From NCBI GenBank assembly GCA_913031595.1, contig CAJWCP010000002.1, forward strand, positions 23 to 64,022: DNA of 64,000 bases. Reading direction: 5' to 3'. Below are positions 19,053 through 28,827 of this stretch, in pieces. The notes beneath the pieces are model-generated. The model did not search any database, was not told where the DNA came from, and saw nothing but the letters and a program-made list of their open reading frames with translations. The stretch is from an uncultured Flavobacteriales bacterium. Lineage in GTDB: Bacteria; Bacteroidota; Bacteroidia; Flavobacteriales; BACL11. The translations under genes were made by a program, and so were the position numbers. Each line of letters opens with the position of its first letter. The stretch's first letter is position 1.

Positions 19053-20327
19053 GTGAAAAATAAACAAGCAATTACTTTATTATTTGCAGCGAATATTATT
19101 TCTGGCTTAGCACAGGGAATTAGCATGATTGCTATTCCTTGGTATTTTGTAAAGATTGTAGCTAAACCTGAAGTTTTTGCAACTGCATATTTAATTATTA
19201 CTTTTTTGATTCTTTTCTGGGGTTTATATGCTGGAACCTTAATTGATAGATATTCAAGAAAAAAATTATTTATATTAATTAATATTATTTGTGGTTTATT
19301 TATAGGTGGCATTGGGTTGTACGGTTGGCATACAGGATATCTTTCTGATATTTTTGTAGTTTTAGTTTTTGCAATTACTATTTTTAATTACAATGTTCAT
19401 TATCCTAATTTATATGCCTTTGGTCAAGAGATTACTAAAAAAGAGAATTACGGAAAGTTAAACTCTTATATTGAGATTCAAGGTCAAGTAACTTCTGTAT
19501 TAGCTGGTGCTTTTGCTGCTATCTTATTAACAGGTACGGTTGATGGTGACTTGCAAATAGCGGGTATTAATTTCACACTTCCATTTACTATTGAAGCCTG
19601 GGCTATCTATGAGGTTTTTTTACTCGATGCTTTTACTTATTTCTTAGTTATTTTATTTTTTATTTTTATGAAATATGATTCTGTCGCAAAAGAGAAGATA
19701 GATGTTGGTAGTTTGATTTCTCGTTTTAAACAAGGATTCAATTATTTATATAAGAAGCCTATTATTTTTGTTTTTGGTGTAGCATCATATATGTTGTTTG
19801 CATTTACTTTAGTTCAAATCCATGTTGTCTTACCATCATATGTTAATAATTTCTTAAATATGGGGGCAGATGTTTATGCCTCTTCTGAGATATATTATTC
19901 GATAGGAGCAATATTCTCTGGAGTATTAATATTAAGAATATTTAAAAATTTAAGTACAGTTTCCTCTGTCATTATATTAATGTTTACAGTGTCACTTGCA
20001 TTTTTTTTAATGGCTATTTATAAAATACTATGGGTCTTTTTTATAGGAAGCTTGATTTTAGGCGTGACAAATGCAGGTGTTAGAATATTAAGAACTACTT
20101 ATATTTTTAATCATGTGCCAAATAATTTAATAGGAAGAACAAATTCTGTTTTTAATTCATTGAATATTATGATACGAATGATCTTAATAGGTATGTTTGC
20201 TCTTCAGTTTTTCCATTCAGATGATAATATTAGATATGCTTATTTTATAGGCTCTGCTTTAATTCTCCTTGCTATGATAGTTCTGCTATTATGGTATAAA
20301 AGGATACTTTCTTCAGAAAGAGGATAA
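19053..20327 (+). CDS. MFS transporter
   Basis: 424 aa with about 12 hydrophobic spans and an MFS loop motif (LIDRYSRKK) after TM2. GTG start. Confidence 0.8.
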   Translation: MKNKQAITLLFAANIISGLAQGISMIAIPWYFVKIVAKPEVFATAYLIITFLILFWGLYAGTLIDRYSRKKLFILINIICGLFIGGIGLYGWHTGYLSDIFVVLVFAITIFNYNVHYPNLYAFGQEITKKENYGKLNSYIEIQGQVTSVLAGAFAAILLTGTVDGDLQIAGINFTLPFTIEAWAIYEVFLLDAFTYFLVILFFIFMKYDSVAKEKIDVGSLISRFKQGFNYLYKKPIIFVFGVASYMLFAFTLVQIHVVLPSYVNNFLNMGADVYASSEIYYSIGAIFSGVLILRIFKNLSTVSSVIILMFTVSLAFFLMAIYKILWVFFIGSLILGVTNAGVRILRTTYIFNHVPNNLIGRTNSVFNSLNIMIRMILIGMFALQFFHSDDNIRYAYFIGSALILLAMIVLLLWYKRILSSERG

Positions 20328-21863
20328 TTATTTTATTACAGAATATTGTAAAAGATGAAGTCTTTCATCATCAGATATTTTAACATTCCGATTAAATTTC
20401 TTTTCCCATTCTCCGCAGATGGAGCGAGCAAACCAGCCTTTTCTCTTGTTTATATAGCTTGCTACAAAAGGATGTGTAGCGATATGTATATCACCTTTTA
20501 TTGTTTCAGTTAAACTTTGTATTTTATTCTCAATCTGCTCAATTAATATTAAACTTGATTCTATTTTCCCTTTTCCATTACACATTGGACAGTTCTCTTG
20601 AGTATCAATGTTCATTTCAGGACGCACTCTTTGCCTTGTTATTTGTACTAATCCAAATCTAGTAGGAGGGAGCACATAATGTTTTGCCTTGTCAATACTC
20701 ATAGCTTCTTTCATCTTCTCAGTAAGTATTTTTCGATTTTTCTCTAACTTCATATCTATAAAATCAACAATAATAATCCCCCCCATATCTCTTAATCTTA
20801 ATTGTCTTGCCACTTCATTAGCCGCTTCAATATTTACAGCTAAGGCATTTGCTTCTTGATCTTTTTTGGCGTCTAATTTTTTTCCACTATTAACATCAAT
20901 AACATGTAAAGCTTCTGTATGTTCAATTACTAGATAAGTGCCTTTTTTCATGCTTACATTTTTCCCAAAAGAGCTTTTTATTTGTTTGGTTACATTAAAT
21001 TCTTGGAATATTTCAGTCTCTTTTTTATGTAGTTTAACAATCTTTTCTTGTTCTGGAGATATTCTAGATAGATAATCTTTTAATTCTTGCTGTAGTTCAG
21101 TGTTATTGACATGAATAGTGTTAAATTTTTCACTTAGCAAGTCTCTTAATATAGTTGTTGATCTATTAAGTTCTCCTAAAATCTTATCTCCTCTTTTAGC
21201 TCCTTTTAATTTTTTACTTATTACTTGCCATTTTTTGTAAAGGTTTTTTAGATCTTTATCAAGTTCGGCCACCTTTTTTCCTTCGGCAATAGTACGTATA
21301 ATAACACCGAAACCATGAGGTTTTATACTTCGTATAAGTTTTTGTAATCTTGTTTTTTCTTCTTTCTTCGCAATCTTCTGAGATATCGAGACTTTGTCAG
21401 AGAAAGGAATAAGTACCATATATCTCCCTGCTAACGATATTTCACTTGTTAATCTAGGGCCTTTAGTTGAGATCGCTTCTTTTGAAATTTGCGTCAGAAT
21501 AAGATCTCCTCCTTTTAACACATCATTAACTTTGCCTTCTTTGATAATATTCTTTTCTTTTTTAAAGTTTTTTAAAGAAGCTGTATTTAATTTTTGATCA
21601 ATTGATTTTCTTGCAAATTTTTTAAATGAATCAAATTGCTGTCCTAAGTCAAGATAATGTAAGAACCCATCTTTTTCATGACCGATATTGACAAACGCAG
21701 CATTTAATCCAGGAGCAGTTTTACGTACTTTTCCTAGGTAAATATCACCAACTGAAAAATTATTATTGTGCTTTTCTTTATGAAGTTCTATAAGAAGTCC
21801 ATCACGTAAAAGAGCAATTGCTACTTCAGAAGGCCTTGAATCGATAATTAGATCGTATTTCAT
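20328..21863 (-). CDS. rng: Ribonuclease G/E family endoribonuclease
   Basis: 511 aa. N-terminal S1 domain (VGDIYLGKVRK...AFVNIG) and RNase E/G catalytic core (VIDVNSGK, DFIDM). Confidence 0.9.
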   Translation of the reverse strand: MKYDLIIDSRPSEVAIALLRDGLLIELHKEKHNNNFSVGDIYLGKVRKTAPGLNAAFVNIGHEKDGFLHYLDLGQQFDSFKKFARKSIDQKLNTASLKNFKKEKNIIKEGKVNDVLKGGDLILTQISKEAISTKGPRLTSEISLAGRYMVLIPFSDKVSISQKIAKKEEKTRLQKLIRSIKPHGFGVIIRTIAEGKKVAELDKDLKNLYKKWQVISKKLKGAKRGDKILGELNRSTTILRDLLSEKFNTIHVNNTELQQELKDYLSRISPEQEKIVKLHKKETEIFQEFNVTKQIKSSFGKNVSMKKGTYLVIEHTEALHVIDVNSGKKLDAKKDQEANALAVNIEAANEVARQLRLRDMGGIIIVDFIDMKLEKNRKILTEKMKEAMSIDKAKHYVLPPTRFGLVQITRQRVRPEMNIDTQENCPMCNGKGKIESSLILIEQIENKIQSLTETIKGDIHIATHPFVASYINKRKGWFARSICGEWEKKFNRNVKISDDERLHLLQYSVIK

Positions 21864-21899
21864 GGCAAGGTTAGTTTAATTATAGACTATATAGATATT

Positions 21900-21989
21900 T
21901 TATTTATTCTTATGTCTATTTTTCCTTGAACGTTTTTTCCTTTTATGAGTGGCAATTTTTAGTCTTTTCTTTTTCTTAGCTCCTGACAT
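21900..21989 (-). CDS. 29-aa ultra-basic peptide, probable ribosomal protein bS22 (AURKAIP1/mS38-like), not in the ORF track
   Basis: Reads MSGAKKKKRLKIATHKRKKRSRKNRHKNK, with 17 of 29 residues Lys or Arg. It sits between hup and rng on the same strand. It resembles the small bS22 peptides seen in mycobacterial and Flavobacterium ribosome structures. Confidence 0.6.
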   Translation of the reverse strand: MSGAKKKKRLKIATHKRKKRSRKNRHKNK

Positions 21990-22022
21990 AAATTCTTTTT
22001 TCTAACTTTATTTTATAAAAGT

Positions 22023-22307
22023 TTATTTAACATTATTTTTTACTTCTTCAACAAAAACTTTTGCAGGTTTAAAGGCAGGTATATGATGTTCTGGTATAAT
22101 AATAGTTGTATTTTTTTTAATATTTCTCCCAGTTTTTTCTGCTCGTTTTTTTGCTTTAAAAGTCCCAAATCCTCTTAGGAATACAGATTCATTTGTTGAT
22201 ATTGAGTTTTTTATTTCATTCATCATAGATTCAACCACCGTTAATGCAGTTAATTTTTCAACTCCTGTCTTTGAAGAGATTTTACTAACAAGTTCTGCTT
22301 TTGTCAT
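22023..22307 (-). CDS. hup: HU-family DNA-binding protein
   Basis: 94 aa. Starts MTKAELV and carries the arm motif RGFGTFKAKKRAEKTGRN. Confidence 0.9.
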   Translation of the reverse strand: MTKAELVSKISSKTGVEKLTALTVVESMMNEIKNSISTNESVFLRGFGTFKAKKRAEKTGRNIKKNTTIIIPEHHIPAFKPAKVFVEEVKNNVK

Positions 22308-22352
22308 ATCTTTAATTGTCTTATCTTAAATTCTTAATTAATTTTGAGGCTG

Positions 22353-22360
22353 CAAAGATA
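22353..22360 (-). promoter_or_regulatory. -7 promoter box TATCTTTG (minus strand)
   Basis: Exact TAnnTTTG match about 45 nt upstream of the hup ATG. Confidence 0.35.
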
Positions 22361-22421
22361 TTAAAAAATGAACTATATTCTTCTTGTTTTATGTTTTTTA
22401 GAATTCTAGTTTTTGTTTTTT

Positions 22422-23471
22422 ATGGATTTTCAGAATAAAATAATAGATTGGTATAAAGTTAATAAAAGAGATTTACCATGGAGAAATATTAACAATCCAT
22501 ATTATATTTGGTTGTCTGAAGTTATATTACAACAGACGAGAGTTATTCAAGGAACGGGTTATTATTTAAACTTTATAGAAAAATTTCCTAATATTAAGGA
22601 TCTTGCTTTAGCTAAAGAGGATGAAGTTTTAAGACTATGGCAAGGTTTGGGATATTATTCTAGAGCTCGCAATCTTCATTTTACAGCAAAGGAAATTTTA
22701 AATAAATATAACGGAATATTTCCTAGTCAATATGATCAAGTATTAAGTTTAAAAGGAGTTGGAGTTTATACTGCTGCAGCGATTTGCTCATTTGCATTTG
22801 GATTGCCTTATGCTGTGGTTGATGGAAATGTTATACGTGTATTAAGTAGATTTTTTGGAATTGACATTGGTTTTGACACAACAGAGGGAAAAAAAAGATT
22901 TCAGAATCTTGCTCAGGAATTATTGCCTCAAGATACTCCTGCTATATATAATCAAGCAATTATGGAGTTTGGTGCTCTTCAGTGTGTTCCAAAATCTCCA
23001 AATTGCTCTGCTTGTGTTTTGCAGGAATTTTGTGCCGCATATAACACAGGTAGAGTTAAAAATTTACCTATTCGATCAAGAAATAAAAAAGTAAAAGAGA
23101 GATATTTAAATTTTTTAATGATTCACACAAAGAATGGAATATGTATTAGAAAGAGAAATGACGGTATATGGAAAGGACTGTATGAATTTCCTTTTATTGA
23201 ATTTGAAAGAAATATTCCAGATCAAGAGATATTGTTAAGTAGTACTTGGAAAGAATTGTTCTCAGGGACTCATCCTATAGTAGAAGAAATTTCATCTACT
23301 TTTACCCATCTTCTCTCACATCAGAAAATATATGCTAAGTTTTGGAGGATATACATGGAGACAGATTTTAACAAGGGATTTTTACAGGTTTCTAAAGAAG
23401 ATCTTTTCATGTATCCTGTTTCAAGATTAATGCAGAGATATATAAATACTATTATAACAAATAAAAATTAG
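22422..23471 (+). CDS. mutY: A/G-specific adenine DNA glycosylase
   Basis: HhH-GPD domain (LKGVGVYTAAAI), 4Fe-4S cluster Cys ligands (CVPKSPNCSACVLQEFC) and a C-terminal NUDIX-like domain. Start set to the ATG at 22422 (MDFQNK). The 22413 TTG lies inside a near-consensus TAGTTTTTG box. Confidence 0.9.
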   Translation: MDFQNKIIDWYKVNKRDLPWRNINNPYYIWLSEVILQQTRVIQGTGYYLNFIEKFPNIKDLALAKEDEVLRLWQGLGYYSRARNLHFTAKEILNKYNGIFPSQYDQVLSLKGVGVYTAAAICSFAFGLPYAVVDGNVIRVLSRFFGIDIGFDTTEGKKRFQNLAQELLPQDTPAIYNQAIMEFGALQCVPKSPNCSACVLQEFCAAYNTGRVKNLPIRSRNKKVKERYLNFLMIHTKNGICIRKRNDGIWKGLYEFPFIEFERNIPDQEILLSSTWKELFSGTHPIVEEISSTFTHLLSHQKIYAKFWRIYMETDFNKGFLQVSKEDLFMYPVSRLMQRYINTIITNKN

Positions 23472-23479
23472 AATTTTTG

Positions 23480-23487
23480 TATATTTG
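23480..23487 (+). promoter_or_regulatory. -7 promoter box TATATTTG
   Basis: Exact TAnnTTTG match 28 nt upstream of the ssb ATG. Confidence 0.35.
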
Positions 23488-23515
23488 TTGAGCGTCTAAT
23501 TTTAACATTAAATTT

Positions 23516-23938
23516 ATGTCTGGAGTAAATAAAGTGATATTGGTAGGGAACTTAGGAAAAGATCCTGAGGTGAGATATTTAGATAGTGGAGTAGCGGTTG
23601 CTAATTTTTCTTTAGCAACTACAGAAAACTATAAAAATAAAGAAGGAGAAAGGGTTAGTCAAACAGAATGGCATAATATTGTTTTATGGAGAGGCCTTGC
23701 AGAAGTAGCTGAAAAGTGGCTTAAAAAGGGGTCAAGTGTTTATATTGAAGGTAAGATAAAAACAAGAAAATGGGAAGATAAAGAAGGAAATACTCGTTAT
23801 ACAACGGAGATTTTAGCTGACAATATGACTATGTTAGGAGGAAAACCACAAGTAGATACTGATAAAGAGCCAATCAATACTCAATCCTCTGAGGGTAATA
23901 CATCTGAAAATGATTCTGCTGATGATTTACCATTCTAA
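23516..23938 (+). CDS. ssb: Single-stranded DNA-binding protein
   Basis: 140 aa. OB fold starting [14 protein letters not shown], with the acidic tail DDLPF. Confidence 0.95.
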   Translation: MSGVNKVILVGNLGKDPEVRYLDSGVAVANFSLATTENYKNKEGERVSQTEWHNIVLWRGLAEVAEKWLKKGSSVYIEGKIKTRKWEDKEGNTRYTTEILADNMTMLGGKPQVDTDKEPINTQSSEGNTSENDSADDLPF

Positions 23939-23956
23939 TTAAAATAGAAATTTAGC

Positions 23957-25273
23957 TTGGAAGCAGTCCCCGATTTATTATTATCAGTTTTTTCTGGATT
24001 AGAAATTAACTTCTTTAGTTCTGAGGTTTTAGTTTCTTTTTGTATCGTTTTAATTTTAATTGTTTTATCAGCCTTTATATCAGGTGCTGAAGTTGCTTTC
24101 TTTTCTTTAACATCAGTGGATATTGAAGAGATTAAAAAGAATAAGTCACATTTAAAAGTGTTAGATTTATTAAAAGAGCCTAATAAACTTTTAGCTACTA
24201 TACTTATTGCTAATAATTTTATCAATGTTTCAATAGTTATTTTGTTTGCTTATTTAACTTCTATTGCAATTACCTTTCCTGAAGGTTCAAATCTTGAATT
24301 TATTTTTGAAGTTATTATTATTACCTCATTATTAGTTCTTTTTGGTGAAATTACACCAAAAGTTTACGCAAATAACAATGCGAAGAGATTTTCTTTAATG
24401 ATGGCAGTTCCTTTAAAAATCCTTCACAAGATATTTTATCCTTTAAGTTATATGTTAGTATCTACAACTAATTTTATTGACAAGCGACTTGCACAGCGAA
24501 AAAAAGAAGTTTCAATAGAGGATCTTTCTAAGGCTCTAGACTTAACAGAACAAGAAAGTAAGGAGCAAGAAAGAAAGATATTGCGTTCTATTGTTGAGTT
24601 TGGAGACACTGATGTGAAAGAAATTATGAGATCCCGAGTAGATGTTTTAGCTATTAAAGATGATACGCCACTTAGTGATGTTATTCATAAGATTGTTCAG
24701 TCAGGATTTTCTCGGATTCCTATCTATAAAGACCAGCTTGATAATATTATAGGTATACTCTATATTAAAGATTTGATTCCTTATTTAAATGAAACTAATG
24801 ATTTTAATTGGATTAGTTTATGTCGCTCAGCATATTATGTGCCAGAGACGAAAATGATTAATTCCTTATTAAAGGAATTTCAGGTTAAGAAAAATCATAT
24901 AGCAATTGTTGTAGATGAATATGGAGGTATGTCAGGAATTGTTACTCTTGAGGATGTTTTAGAAGAAATTGTTGGAGAAATTAATGATGAGTTTGATTCA
25001 GATGAAAATATTTACTCAAAATTAGATGACTTTAATTATGTTTTCGAGGGTAAAATTTCATTAATTGATTTTCTAAAGATTGTTAATGGAGAGAGTAATT
25101 ATTTTGATCAAATCAAGGGAGAGGCAGATTCTTTAGCAGGGTTAATAGTTGAAGTAGAAGGACGTATTTTAAAAATAGGAGAAGAATGTAAAATTCCTCC
25201 CTACAATATGATTGTTGAATCAGCTGATAATAAAAGGATAAAAAGATTAAAAGTTACTATTGATGAAAAGTAG
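23957..25273 (+). CDS. gldE: Gliding motility-associated protein GldE (CNNM/CorC-type: DUF21 + CBS pair + CorC_HlyC)
   Basis: 438 aa. TM DUF21 region, two CBS domains and a C-terminal transporter-associated domain. It lies immediately upstream of gldD, as in Flavobacterium johnsoniae. Apparent TTG start. Confidence 0.75.
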   Translation: MEAVPDLLLSVFSGLEINFFSSEVLVSFCIVLILIVLSAFISGAEVAFFSLTSVDIEEIKKNKSHLKVLDLLKEPNKLLATILIANNFINVSIVILFAYLTSIAITFPEGSNLEFIFEVIIITSLLVLFGEITPKVYANNNAKRFSLMMAVPLKILHKIFYPLSYMLVSTTNFIDKRLAQRKKEVSIEDLSKALDLTEQESKEQERKILRSIVEFGDTDVKEIMRSRVDVLAIKDDTPLSDVIHKIVQSGFSRIPIYKDQLDNIIGILYIKDLIPYLNETNDFNWISLCRSAYYVPETKMINSLLKEFQVKKNHIAIVVDEYGGMSGIVTLEDVLEEIVGEINDEFDSDENIYSKLDDFNYVFEGKISLIDFLKIVNGESNYFDQIKGEADSLAGLIVEVEGRILKIGEECKIPPYNMIVESADNKRIKRLKVTIDEK

Positions 25274-25817
25274 AATTTATCTTTTTGCTATATTAATTGT
25301 AATTTCTTGCTCTGATAATTATGCGCCTAAACCAAGAGGATTATTTAAATTAGATTTACCCAAGAAAGAATACCAGCTTATTAAATCAGATTGTCCTTTC
25401 TCTTTTGAAGCTCCTATTTATTCTGTTTTAGTTAAGAAAACAAATGAATGCCTTTTTGATCTTGAATTTCCTTATCAAGCTGCTAAGTTACATATTACAT
25501 ATTTGGATATTAATGATAATTTATATGAGAATACAGAGCAGTCTAGGGATTTGGCATATAAACATAATATAGTTGCAGACGCTATAAGTGAACAGTTATA
25601 TATTAATGATTCATTAAAAGTATATGGATTACTTTATGATTATAAAGGAGTTACAGCTACTTCGGTACAGTTTTTCTTAACTGACAGTATAAATCATTTC
25701 TTTAGAGGAGCATTATATTTTAATACAGAGGTTTGTGATTCTATTTTGCCTCTTAATAATTTTTTAAAAGAAGATGTTAAGCATCTGATTGAGACGTTTC
25801 ACTGGAAACATAAGTAA
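25263..25817 (+). CDS. gldD: Gliding motility lipoprotein GldD
   Basis: Signal peptide plus lipobox (LIVISC) followed by a PKPRG...L(D)LP segment typical of GldD. Overlaps the gldE stop. The ATG at 25263 is preferred over the TTG at 25260. Confidence 0.7.
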   Translation: MKSRIYLFAILIVISCSDNYAPKPRGLFKLDLPKKEYQLIKSDCPFSFEAPIYSVLVKKTNECLFDLEFPYQAAKLHITYLDINDNLYENTEQSRDLAYKHNIVADAISEQLYINDSLKVYGLLYDYKGVTATSVQFFLTDSINHFFRGALYFNTEVCDSILPLNNFLKEDVKHLIETFHWKHK

Positions 25818-26781
25818 TGTGAACTATGCTTAAAAGTAGAATCATTGCTGTAAACTGATGAGCAACTGCAGTATTAATAGGCACTTGTAATAACAAGGTA
25901 GCTATACCTAAAGACATTTGTATTAAGGTAATTATTAATATTATGGTTCCAATTTTTGATAAATTAGTTCTTCTTGTTTTGGAATAAATAATAATTGCTA
26001 TGCAGAAGACTGTCCAAGCAAATAGACGATGGAAAGCTTGTAAGTCGTAGCCGTTATTAAGAAAATTGATTTGGCTGAGACTATTATAGCCAAAAAGTTT
26101 CTCTAAGAGATTATTTTCAGGATCTACTAGGTAGCCTGCTTTGAGTCCTGCTACAAATGCCCCTGATACTATTTGGATTAGTAATATCAATATCAGAAAT
26201 TTACTCCATTTATTTATATTTTTATTTGATTTCAATATTGTGTTATTAGTATCAAGAATAAGCCAATAAATATATGAGATTATGCAAAAGGCTACAATTA
26301 GATGACTTGCTAAACGATAATGACTAACAGCAGGAACATCTATTAGCCCACTTTTGACCATAAACCAGCCTAGGAAAGCTTGTCCCCCTCCTAGGATTAG
26401 CAGTAATAGTAGTTTTTTTATTTGCTTTGTTGTAAGCCATCTCTTTATTATAAAAAATAGAAAAGGGATTATAAAAATAATTCCCAGTATCCTTCCTAAT
26501 ATTCTGTGTAAGTATTCCCAGAAGTAGATAATTTTAAATTCTTCTAAAAGCATATCTTGATTTATCTTTTTATATTCAGGGAATTGCTTATACTTGTCAA
26601 AAGCTATTTCCCATTCATTTTCATTCATTGGTGGAATTGATCCTGATATCAAATTCCATTCTACCATGGAAAGCCCAGAATTTGTTAAACGCGTAATGCC
26701 CCCAACAAGTACTATGATAGCCACAGTTAACATGCCTAAGAGTAGCCATAGTGTAAGTATATTTTTCTGTTTCTTGTTCAT
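25777..26781 (-). CDS. ctaA: Heme A synthase, COX15/CtaA family
   Basis: Polytopic membrane protein with GGITRLTNSGLSMVEW and conserved His residues in TM helices. Start set to the ATG at 26781, because the longest-ORF TTG at 26790 lies within a -7 box. Confidence 0.8.
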   Translation of the reverse strand: MNKKQKNILTLWLLLGMLTVAIIVLVGGITRLTNSGLSMVEWNLISGSIPPMNENEWEIAFDKYKQFPEYKKINQDMLLEEFKIIYFWEYLHRILGRILGIIFIIPFLFFIIKRWLTTKQIKKLLLLLILGGGQAFLGWFMVKSGLIDVPAVSHYRLASHLIVAFCIISYIYWLILDTNNTILKSNKNINKWSKFLILILLIQIVSGAFVAGLKAGYLVDPENNLLEKLFGYNSLSQINFLNNGYDLQAFHRLFAWTVFCIAIIIYSKTRRTNLSKIGTIILIITLIQMSLGIATLLLQVPINTAVAHQFTAMILLLSIVHITYVSSETSQSDA

Positions 26782-26787
26782 TGAAGG

Positions 26788-26795
26788 CAAAGATA
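26788..26795 (-). promoter_or_regulatory. -7 promoter box TATCTTTG (minus strand)
   Basis: Exact TAnnTTTG match 6 nt upstream of the COX15 ATG at 26781. Confidence 0.4.
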
Positions 26796-26801
26796 TGTTC
26801 T

Positions 26802-26809
26802 TATTTTTG
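26802..26809 (+). promoter_or_regulatory. -7 promoter box TATTTTTG
   Basis: Exact TAnnTTTG match 16 nt upstream of the ATG at 26826. Confidence 0.4.
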
Positions 26810-26825
26810 TTTTGATTTTATAATT

Positions 26826-27701
26826 ATGAGAAAAACAGTTTCTAATTATATTTTACTTGTATTTCTTGCAATAATATGGGGAAGCTCTTTTATTCTTATG
26901 AAGAAAGGATTAGAAGTCTATTCATATACTGAAGTTGCAGCTTTGAGGTTATTAATCGCTTTTATTTCATTATCGCCTTTTATATTTTTTGCAATAAAAG
27001 AAATTAAAAAGAGACATTGGATTCCAGTATTTATTGTTGGAATATTTGGGAATATGTTTCCGGCATTTTTATTTACTAAGGCTCAAACCGTATTAGAAAG
27101 TAGCCTTACAGGAATGTTAAATTCTTTTACACCCTTTTTTACATTATTAATAGTTATTCTATTTTTTAATTATAGGGTTAGTCAATTAAATATTTTAGGA
27201 TTAATAGTTGGACTGTCAGGAGTCATATTACTTGCTTTTGGAGATTTTAGCTTACAGACTATAATTAGTTTTAATATATTTTATGTGATTTTGGCTACCT
27301 TTTTTTATGCGGTTAGTATTAATGTAATTAAATATTATTTATTTGATTTAGATGCTATTCATATTTCTGCATTAGCTTTTTTATTTTGTGGCCCCCCTAT
27401 GATTCCTTATCTTTTGGGTACAGAATTTCTTTCTTTAGCAACGACAGATGTAGGTTTTGAGGCTTTGATATATGTAATTATTTTAGCTATTATAGGCACT
27501 TCTATTGCTATAATATTGTTTAATTATCTATTAAAAAGATCTTCATCTATTTTTGCGGCATCTGTCACTTATTTAATTCCAATAGTTGCAATATTTTGGG
27601 GATTAATTGATGGAGAGAAAATATTAATTGAGTATATGATAGGTGTTTGTATGATATTACTTGGAGTCTATTTAGTTAATAAAGAGCCATTTAATCAATA
27701 A
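26826..27701 (+). CDS. EamA/DMT-family transporter
   Basis: About 10 TM spans in two EamA-like halves. Start set to MRKTVSNY (26826), downstream of the promoter box. Confidence 0.8.
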   Translation: MRKTVSNYILLVFLAIIWGSSFILMKKGLEVYSYTEVAALRLLIAFISLSPFIFFAIKEIKKRHWIPVFIVGIFGNMFPAFLFTKAQTVLESSLTGMLNSFTPFFTLLIVILFFNYRVSQLNILGLIVGLSGVILLAFGDFSLQTIISFNIFYVILATFFYAVSINVIKYYLFDLDAIHISALAFLFCGPPMIPYLLGTEFLSLATTDVGFEALIYVIILAIIGTSIAIILFNYLLKRSSSIFAASVTYLIPIVAIFWGLIDGEKILIEYMIGVCMILLGVYLVNKEPFNQ

Positions 27702-28824
27702 TAATTTTTCTTTCTACATTCCCATTTTCATATATATAAAATATAGGAATATTTTTTTTTTCTTGTGTTTCTCTTCCTAAGACATCAATTATTTTAACTA
27801 TTTTTTTACTTGAAGTAATATCTTTATTAATTGCAGAAACTCCTCCTTGACACAAAGAATGGCTTAATAAATTAGGTCTATATTGATTAATAGCAGCTAT
27901 CATTCTTGATTTTTGTCCTTCTGTAAATAAATTCATACAAGCATCATTAGTGTAATCCATGTAGTTCATAAACATATCTCCATTTGGTGTATTACTTTGT
28001 CCTGAGCAAATTGAAGTTGATGGAAAAGAAGGGCATGAATAGTTCTCCGTTTCTTGTATTGGAGTATCAGATACTTGATCATTACCACAGCTTCCCCAGG
28101 CTCCCCATACATGTTCTAAGTTTAACCAGTGTCCTATTTCATGTGTTGCTGTTCTTCCTTTGTGGTATGGAGGTTGAGCAGTGCCTGTATTTCCAAAGTA
28201 TCGGTATCCAATAACAACTCCATCATTTGGGTTAGGCCAACTTGATGGAGGACTTGCGTATCCTAATAGTCCACTTCCTAAATCACACACCCAGATATTA
28301 AGATAACTGTCTTGATCCCAAGGATCTGCGCCTCCAGAAGAACTGGACATAACAGGATCACCATTCATAGAAAAAGAAGACACATTAGTTTGGACTCTAT
28401 TAATACCTGTTGTGGTGTTTCCATTTGGATCTGTATTTGCTAAGCAAAATTCTATTTCACAATCTGCAGCAATGTTTTTCCAGACATTTGGAGTATTGAT
28501 GGTATCTATATTTTGTCTTCTATAATCTTTATTTAGGATATCAATTTGAGAAAAAATCTGTGCGTCAGAGATGTTTTCTGTATTTGTGTTCCATACTACA
28601 TGTACTACAACAGGTATTTTGATAATTGTTTTTATTTGATCGTGATAATTTTTTTTAATCCAATCCTCTGTTTCTTTATTGACTTTTGATCTTGCTTTTG
28701 AATAGTCTTCGTATTTAGCTGAAAGTTGTTCGGTATATATAGATGTTCCGCATCTATGCTGAGCATTACTACATAAGCTAATACTAAGTAGAAGAATTGT
28801 CAATAAGCTTCGCATGTAGACCAT
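27691..28824 (-). CDS. Secreted zinc metalloprotease, M43 (pappalysin/cytophagalysin-like) family, short paralog
   Basis: 377 aa with a signal peptide and metzincin motif [11 protein letters not shown]. Closely parallel in sequence to the upstream paralog. Its short C-terminal beta-strand tail (IIDVLGRE...IYENG...) resembles the end of a T9SS sorting domain. Confidence 0.8.
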   Translation of the reverse strand: MVYMRSLLTILLLSISLCSNAQHRCGTSIYTEQLSAKYEDYSKARSKVNKETEDWIKKNYHDQIKTIIKIPVVVHVVWNTNTENISDAQIFSQIDILNKDYRRQNIDTINTPNVWKNIAADCEIEFCLANTDPNGNTTTGINRVQTNVSSFSMNGDPVMSSSSGGADPWDQDSYLNIWVCDLGSGLLGYASPPSSWPNPNDGVVIGYRYFGNTGTAQPPYHKGRTATHEIGHWLNLEHVWGAWGSCGNDQVSDTPIQETENYSCPSFPSTSICSGQSNTPNGDMFMNYMDYTNDACMNLFTEGQKSRMIAAINQYRPNLLSHSLCQGGVSAINKDITSSKKIVKIIDVLGRETQEKKNIPIFYIYENGNVERKIIID

Positions 28825-28827
28825 TTA

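Noticed and set aside
27751-27760. A/T homopolymer runs of 8-10 nt as phase-variation tracts, for example A10 in the short M43 gene and A9 in murD at about 56026-56034.
   Set aside because: Such runs are frequent throughout this AT-rich sequence, including in essential genes, so they carry no specific signal.
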